In this document: piece by piece, positions 25,409 through 30,597 of the stretch
Numbering within the stretch: the first letter of the stretch is position 1
How the letters are laid out: each line of letters begins with the position of its first letter
Source of the DNA: a virus
Taxonomy: Duplodnaviria; Caudoviricetes
Strand: one strand, 5' to 3'
Length of the DNA stretch: 30,597 bases
IMG/VR virus record: IMGVR_UViG_3300048882_000117
Span: 1 to 30,597 of that record
Program-made: the position numbers and the translations under genes
The notes under the pieces: generated by a model
Database searches by the model: none
What the model saw: the letters and a program-made list of their open reading frames with translations, nothing else
Told to the model about the DNA's origin: nothing

Positions 25409-25985
25409 ACCAATATCAATAGGACTTGCCATAGGCGCAATGTCTATGGCTTTGTCAGCAGTAAAATCAAAGATGACGAATGATGCCGCAAAAGCGGATT
25501 ATTACGGTAAGGTACAAGCGTCACAAGCAGCCGCGCTACAAGGTACAAGAGATAGAGAGAATACGGATGCGAGGCTCGTCAGTGAGAGAGCAGCAGCAGA
25601 ACGGAAGGTTACTGGTAATCAGATGGAGGCCACCCTAAAGGCTGAAGAGTTGAGGGGGAAAGCCCTCGCTCAGGGGGCTAACGGAAGCGTGGCTTCGGCA
25701 GCAGGGGTAGACCAGCAAGACCGTATGTTTTACTTAGGAGCGGAAGGTGTTAGAACAGCAGGTATCCACTATCTAGAAGAGAACAAGCGTTCTCTGACAT
25801 CTAAAGCAAAAGAGGCATACGATAAGCAGATGGCACAATTGTGGCAGAACAGACCCGGAGCCGCCCCAGTTAACACAACGGGCATAGACTTAACAGTAGG
25901 CGCACTGAATGCTACAAAAGCAGGTTTTAATGCTTATGGAAGCGCGGTAGATGCAGGAATAGGTTCAACAGCGGTGGCTGGATAA
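25401..25985 (+). CDS. Internal virion protein (gp14-like)
   Basis: MCEP start with a hydrophobic N-terminus; Ala-rich; position. Confidence 0.8.
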   Translation: MCEPISIGLAIGAMSMALSAVKSKMTNDAAKADYYGKVQASQAAALQGTRDRENTDARLVSERAAAERKVTGNQMEATLKAEELRGKALAQGANGSVASAAGVDQQDRMFYLGAEGVRTAGIHYLEENKRSLTSKAKEAYDKQMAQLWQNRPGAAPVNTTGIDLTVGALNATKAGFNAYGSAVDAGIGSTAVAG

Positions 25986-28900
25986 TGAGTATATCAGCAC
26001 TGAAGCTGGCGAGAGTAACAGCAGATTCCATAAAGAAACTAGAACTAGACCCACAGGCTATCGAGAAGGCTGTAGATTCCTACCAAGGAGCTATAAGAGG
26101 TGACCGCTCTGTCGGTAATAACTTAAGAAGACAATCAGATAGCGTAGAGAACTTAAGGAGGGCTATTACCTCCACGGTTCCCCAAGCTATTAAAGGACTC
26201 TCTGATATCGGGGACCAAGAAGCTTATGATGAGTGGTTAACCGCTGATGATAAACAAAAGGATATTTGGAGGAAGGCGGTAAAGAATGGAGACATAGCGG
26301 GATTTCATAGCCCTATGTTTCAACACGGCTTGAAGAAAATGATTGCCGCTGACCACGTAAACAAATACTCCCTTTCCTTTCAAGAGAATTACGTAAAGGC
26401 TAGAAATGACAATGAGAACAATAAGAAATTCCAGAATGATGAAGGTGGGTTTGACTTTACTAAGTGGCAAGAACACCACTTCAGAGATTACTCGGAAGCG
26501 AATGGCCTTACGGGGCTGGGTTCGGTCCCCTATAGCATCTTTGCTAAAGGCATTGGACCTGTACATCTAAAAGCCCAAGCTAGACTTGCAGAAGCTAAGG
26601 GCGCAGTAGCAGAAGCCGAACACCAAAGGTTATTCGGTGTAACGGTGAAAGGGATTTTGAGTGACTCAAGTACCGACTATGCAACAAAAGCATCTTTAAT
26701 AAATACTAAGTTCCATGAGATAGTCAAGCAAACAGGTGTCCTTACAGAACCTTATATTACACAATCGAAGGCTGCTGCAAGAGAGTTATACCTTGAGGAA
26801 ACTTTGAAGGGGACTACGGACGCAGACCAGTTTCTTACAGCCTACGGATTAACAGATACTGGCGGTGGTGTAACATTTAATAGCACTACTGGATATTCCA
26901 AGTGGGTTGAAGGTGTGAAACGTGAGGGGGATGAAGCATGGGCGCGACAACAAAAGAGGGAGATAGATAAAGATTCTGTGGAGAGGTATAAGTACCAGAA
27001 GCAGTTAACAAAGGAGTTTGGTGAGTCTAGCTTGGGAGAAAAAGAGTTTTTTGAAACCAGAAAAGATGAGTTTAACGGTAAAATCAAGTCGTTAACCCTT
27101 TCAGCAAACCCTCAAGACCAAGCATTGCGTTCCATGCTTTTAAACATGAGAGACGGGGGGATGGATGCCGAGGAATTTACAACAGCCGTTACTACTATTA
27201 ATATTAATGATGATTGGGATGATATTAAGGCAGATTTTGTGGCTAAGGGGGCTACACCTACCCAAATAAAAGAGCTTGAAGAGCGGCTAACTTTAAGAGC
27301 GGAAATGGGTACTGGGATTGATGGAGACGTAGAAGGTACTACTTTGCAGGGGAAGTGGTTGGCAAAGAATGCGGCAGATATCGAAGACTATGTAGGTCCT
27401 GGGAGTGAAGCGTCTAACACAGATCAGATTCCTATAACGATAAGAGCGCCTTGGCATGATAAATACTGGGGTCAGTATGAAAAAGCCATATGGCAAATCT
27501 CCCAGCTAAAGGATGATGACGGTAAAAAACTACCCTTATCGGAAAGAAGGAAAAAAGCACAAGAGGCATTAGCTGTATACAACACATCAATGCAGAAAGA
27601 AATGGATGACTATATCTCAGCGCAGGGGGTTGTTAAAGCAGCTAAGGATAAAGAAACAAAGCATAACAGTATATTTGATGAGTGGATGCAGCAAAACAAA
27701 AAGGATGCTAGTTTATTCATATATGGTGACCACTGGACCAGAGAGGGGCAGACGATACTAAGTGATATAACTGATATTGAAAAGTACCCGAAAGGTAGCC
27801 CAAAACGTCAGGCAGCAGTGGATAAAGCAAATCAAGCGGTGCTGAAGAGTAAACGGTATGAAGTTATATCCAAGCAGTATGAAATCCCCTTGACCCTTGA
27901 GAATATGCATAAGATTGAACCTTTAGTTAAAAAGACTGTAGACAGAGTGCGTAAAGAAAGGGACTTACCACCTGAAGATAAGAAGAAGATACAGGAACAA
28001 GCTGTTGCAGCTATAGCCGAAGTAACTATAACACCTGCGGAAGTAAAAGCAGGAGTACAAGAATGGACAAAGGCGATTGCTCAAAGGCCTGAATTTAAGG
28101 CGATTGCGCCTGAATTTAAGGAGGGTGCTGCGCAAGTCGCTGTAGCTGGTATTCAGGATATTCAGGGGGTTGTAGACGGTATAACCAACATGCCTGAAAA
28201 TGTAAAGGGGTTGTATGATAATGCCCAAACATGGATGACAGAACTTAAAGCAAATAACCCAGGCCTTGACTCTACAGTACTTGATGACCTCTTGGGAGGG
28301 ATTGGTAGTTTCTTTGTATCTGACGCTGGGGCTGCTGATAAAGTCGTAGACCCTACGGAAGGTGTCATGCAGACATCCCCAGAGTCTAACACTGGTGTAA
28401 GTGGTTCAGGGAGAACGGTAAGTGGGCATACGATGGCTCAGACGTACAACGCATCCACTACAAAAGAAAAGGCTAACTATGAGGTAGGTCTTGCTAAAGT
28501 GAGGAAACAACTTGCAACAGGTGTCGGCCTTACCCCCACCATGAAGAAGAATATAACCATGATGAAGGGACATTTCAAATCTGGTGTTGGTGCTTTCAGT
28601 GAAGAGCTAAAGACATTAGGGATGAGTTCATCAGAGTTTATAACAGCCGCTATTGAGATATATGGACAGGAGACAGTCTTTGGTACATACATCAACCCCG
28701 AGACAAAAGCTAAAATAAGTAGCACAGGAGCGCGTGGGGAGATGCAGATAGTCTACCCTACATTCGTAGATATGGCAAAGAGAAATATAATTGGTGATAA
28801 AGCTTATAAAGCAATGGGAACAACAAGAGCTAAGGTAAAGGCAATGTTACACGATTATAAAAACCATAAGAAGCTCTCCACAGCCGAGAAAGCAGGCGCT

Positions 28901-29023
28901 AGAAAGTTCTTACTAGACAACCATAAGGCTAACGCAGTCATTGCGATGGCTAAAATGGTTAATGGAATGAAGGCATGGAAAGATGCTGGTAACAGCTTAT
29001 ACGATAAAGTAAAGAGAGGATAA
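25985..29023 (+). CDS. Internal virion protein (gp15-like) with C-terminal lytic-transglycosylase-like domain
   Basis: Position and size. C-terminal IYGQETVFG...SSTGARGEMQI resembles SLT motifs I and II. Confidence 0.75.
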   Translation: MSISALKLARVTADSIKKLELDPQAIEKAVDSYQGAIRGDRSVGNNLRRQSDSVENLRRAITSTVPQAIKGLSDIGDQEAYDEWLTADDKQKDIWRKAVKNGDIAGFHSPMFQHGLKKMIAADHVNKYSLSFQENYVKARNDNENNKKFQNDEGGFDFTKWQEHHFRDYSEANGLTGLGSVPYSIFAKGIGPVHLKAQARLAEAKGAVAEAEHQRLFGVTVKGILSDSSTDYATKASLINTKFHEIVKQTGVLTEPYITQSKAAARELYLEETLKGTTDADQFLTAYGLTDTGGGVTFNSTTGYSKWVEGVKREGDEAWARQQKREIDKDSVERYKYQKQLTKEFGESSLGEKEFFETRKDEFNGKIKSLTLSANPQDQALRSMLLNMRDGGMDAEEFTTAVTTININDDWDDIKADFVAKGATPTQIKELEERLTLRAEMGTGIDGDVEGTTLQGKWLAKNAADIEDYVGPGSEASNTDQIPITIRAPWHDKYWGQYEKAIWQISQLKDDDGKKLPLSERRKKAQEALAVYNTSMQKEMDDYISAQGVVKAAKDKETKHNSIFDEWMQQNKKDASLFIYGDHWTREGQTILSDITDIEKYPKGSPKRQAAVDKANQAVLKSKRYEVISKQYEIPLTLENMHKIEPLVKKTVDRVRKERDLPPEDKKKIQEQAVAAIAEVTITPAEVKAGVQEWTKAIAQRPEFKAIAPEFKEGAAQVAVAGIQDIQGVVDGITNMPENVKGLYDNAQTWMTELKANNPGLDSTVLDDLLGGIGSFFVSDAGAADKVVDPTEGVMQTSPESNTGVSGSGRTVSGHTMAQTYNASTTKEKANYEVGLAKVRKQLATGVGLTPTMKKNITMMKGHFKSGVGAFSEELKTLGMSSSEFITAAIEIYGQETVFGTYINPETKAKISSTGARGEMQIVYPTFVDMAKRNIIGDKAYKAMGTTRAKVKAMLHDYKNHKKLSTAEKAGARKFLLDNHKANAVIAMAKMVNGMKAWKDAGNSLYDKVKRG
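28070..28121 (+). repeat. In-frame tandem duplication (KAIAQRPEF-KAIAPEF)
   Basis: AAGGCGATTGC(tcaaag)GCCTGAATTT AAGGCGATTGC GCCTGAATTT AAGG. Confidence 0.8.
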
Positions 29024-29025
29024 TA

Positions 29026-30597
29026 ATGAGTGAAGAGATTAACACCTCGCGAGGCTTATCAGAAGAGGAGCTAAGAAGCTCTTATGGTAATCTCAACGAG
29101 GGACACCTCGCATTTGAACAACAACTGAATGAGGAAACAACCGGAGTACTAGGCCATACTGGTGACATATTAACTGGTATCGGACATGGGGCTATGGATG
29201 CCGTAGATGAAACATTACAGTTCGGAGCCGGTATAGTAGATGGCACCCTTGAGAAAGCAGGGGAGCTAGTTGGTAAAGATTGGGACATAATTGACGATAC
29301 CTCCTACCAAGGGGAAATCCTTCAGTTCTTTCCTAGACCTGTGACCACAGCGGGAAAGATGGTAGAAGATATCACCCAGTTTGGAGTGGGATTAATAGGC
29401 GCAGGCAAGCTAACAGCCTTTACTAGGGGGGTTGGTTTAAATGCGTTTAAGAACGCTGGTAAGGACTCCCTGAAAGGTAAAGTGGGGAAGGGAGTCTACA
29501 AAGGACTCGGTAAGAATGCTAAAGGACGCACAAAGTTTAGTGTCCTAACAGCCGAGAGTGCTACAGCAGCCTTAGTTGTGCAAGACCCTTATGAGGACAC
29601 CTTAGCAGAGATAATGCAACATACCCCTGCATTAGCTAACCCTGTAGCAGACTTCTTAGCTAACAAGATTGGGGACAGCGAACTTACGATGCGCCTCAAG
29701 AACGTAGGGGAGGATATAGTGTTCTCCTTAGGGTTGGAAGGTTTAATAAGGACTGTTAAGTTGGCTAGAGCAGCTAAAGAAGCAGAGGTAATTAAAGAAG
29801 CTATACCAGATAAAGGCGCACCTAAACCTAGAGAGACTCCTCAAGCGGCTAAAGCGGCTCCTAAATCTAAAGCGGCTCCCGAGGTATCACCTGAGGATGT
29901 AAAAGCCTTTGATGAGAAGGCGGCACAGCAACAAGCAGAAAAAGATGCTGGGGTGAGCTTTGAGAGCTATGTTAATAAGTTAGGTGACGAAGCTGCTAAA
30001 GCTAATATCCAACATGTACTCAATGCACATCAAGCAGGAATGGGGGTAGGGGACTACTTAAGGAGCCTTCCTCCAGCAGAAGTGGATGATTTGATACATA
30101 ACATAGCCCCTGAGTTAAGGCACTACCTAGAGAATGCTAGATACTTAAGGGCAGCAGAGGCAGCAGGGGACCTTCAAGCTGGTGTGGCTATAGACAAGGC
30201 GGGGATAGAAGCAAGTATAGCAGATATCTACAATCGTCTAGGCGCAACTCTTGAAGAGGGTGTAAACGTAAATGTGGCAGATGCAGGTGATATATGGGAG
30301 ACACTTAAAGGTGTCAAGGATAAATCTACCAAGGGAGCTAAAGAGGCAGCTAATAAGAAAGGAACTCCCGGAAATACTCCAAAGGATAAAGCGAAAGGTG
30401 TAGGAAATAATGCCACGCCTGAAGGCTCTAATACATCTGACTATACTAGCGCGTTTGATGATGTACCTGATATAGAACCCTTCCCACCAGAAGTTCTTGA
30501 GTCTATATCTAGTGCCATGAATAAGTTGAGACTGAAGGTTGAGGAATTATCCCCCGACCAGCTAACAACCAAGTACATGGCTATTATCAAGGATAAG
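29026..30597 (+). CDS. Internal virion protein (gp16-like), truncated at the window end
   Basis: ATG 29026 after a GAGGA SD; the frame appears open to the window end (MSEEINTSRG...); Gly/Ala-rich segments; position after the gp15-like gene. Confidence 0.8.
   Translation, partial: MSEEINTSRGLSEEELRSSYGNLNEGHLAFEQQLNEETTGVLGHTGDILTGIGHGAMDAVDETLQFGAGIVDGTLEKAGELVGKDWDIIDDTSYQGEILQFFPRPVTTAGKMVEDITQFGVGLIGAGKLTAFTRGVGLNAFKNAGKDSLKGKVGKGVYKGLGKNAKGRTKFSVLTAESATAALVVQDPYEDTLAEIMQHTPALANPVADFLANKIGDSELTMRLKNVGEDIVFSLGLEGLIRTVKLARAAKEAEVIKEAIPDKGAPKPRETPQAAKAAPKSKAAPEVSPEDVKAFDEKAAQQQAEKDAGVSFESYVNKLGDEAAKANIQHVLNAHQAGMGVGDYLRSLPPAEVDDLIHNIAPELRHYLENARYLRAAEAAGDLQAGVAIDKAGIEASIADIYNRLGATLEEGVNVNVADAGDIWETLKGVKDKSTKGAKEAANKKGTPGNTPKDKAKGVGNNATPEGSNTSDYTSAFDDVPDIEPFPPEVLESISSAMNKLRLKVEELSPDQLTTKYMAIIKDK

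Noticed and set aside
29843-29880. AAGCGGCT repeats in the gp16-like gene
   Set aside because: Low-complexity Ala/Lys/Pro linker coding; no further structure.
453-30416. All minus-strand ORFs in the track (e.g. 1722-2075, 4396-4713, 15568-15882, 17461-17844, 26237-26566)
   Set aside because: They are antisense shadows of well-supported + strand genes, with no motifs. T7-like genomes are transcribed from one strand.
1-30597. tRNA, rRNA, CRISPR array, transposase or reverse transcriptase
   Set aside because: None recognised. Intergenic gaps are short and show no cloverleaf or repeat-spacer pattern by eye.

Overview
This window is a large, uninterrupted part of a T7-like podophage genome (Autographiviridae-type). 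It probably starts near the left end and runs into the internal virion genes, and every credible gene is on the + strand. The early accessory region holds a GP88-like Cys-rich protein, small ORFs, a C5 cytosine methyltransferase, a winged-HTH protein and a stand-alone NAD-ligase Ia-like domain. Next come the single-subunit RNA polymerase and the replication/nucleotide module: ssb, endonuclease I, gp3.5-like amidase, primase-helicase, PolA, an EndoVII-type endonuclease, ThyX, exonuclease, DUF3310, MazG and class I RNR alpha/beta. The virion module follows: portal, scaffold, major capsid with terminator, tail tubular A/B, gp13-, gp14- and gp15-like proteins and a truncated gp16-like gene. The RNR/ThyX/MazG set is typical of marine T7-like phages (inference). 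Main observations: (1) a 19-bp palindromic element CAGTTTAGCYAGATAAACY occurs three times, bracketing the early block and the RNAP operon, and one copy overlaps both the HTH gene's stop codon and an extended -10 promoter, suggesting a regulatory circuit on the RNAP; (2) a hairpin-sequestered leader ORF is coupled to the ligase-Ia gene and the RNAP; (3) the gp3.5 amidase has lost two of three Zn ligands; (4) a duplicated nrdA 3' end gives a Zn-ribbon mini-protein an RNR-like tail; (5) the nozzle protein carries Ig-like and carbohydrate-binding-like insertions; (6) GATC is strongly avoided. All family assignments are from motif recognition by eye; no searches were run.
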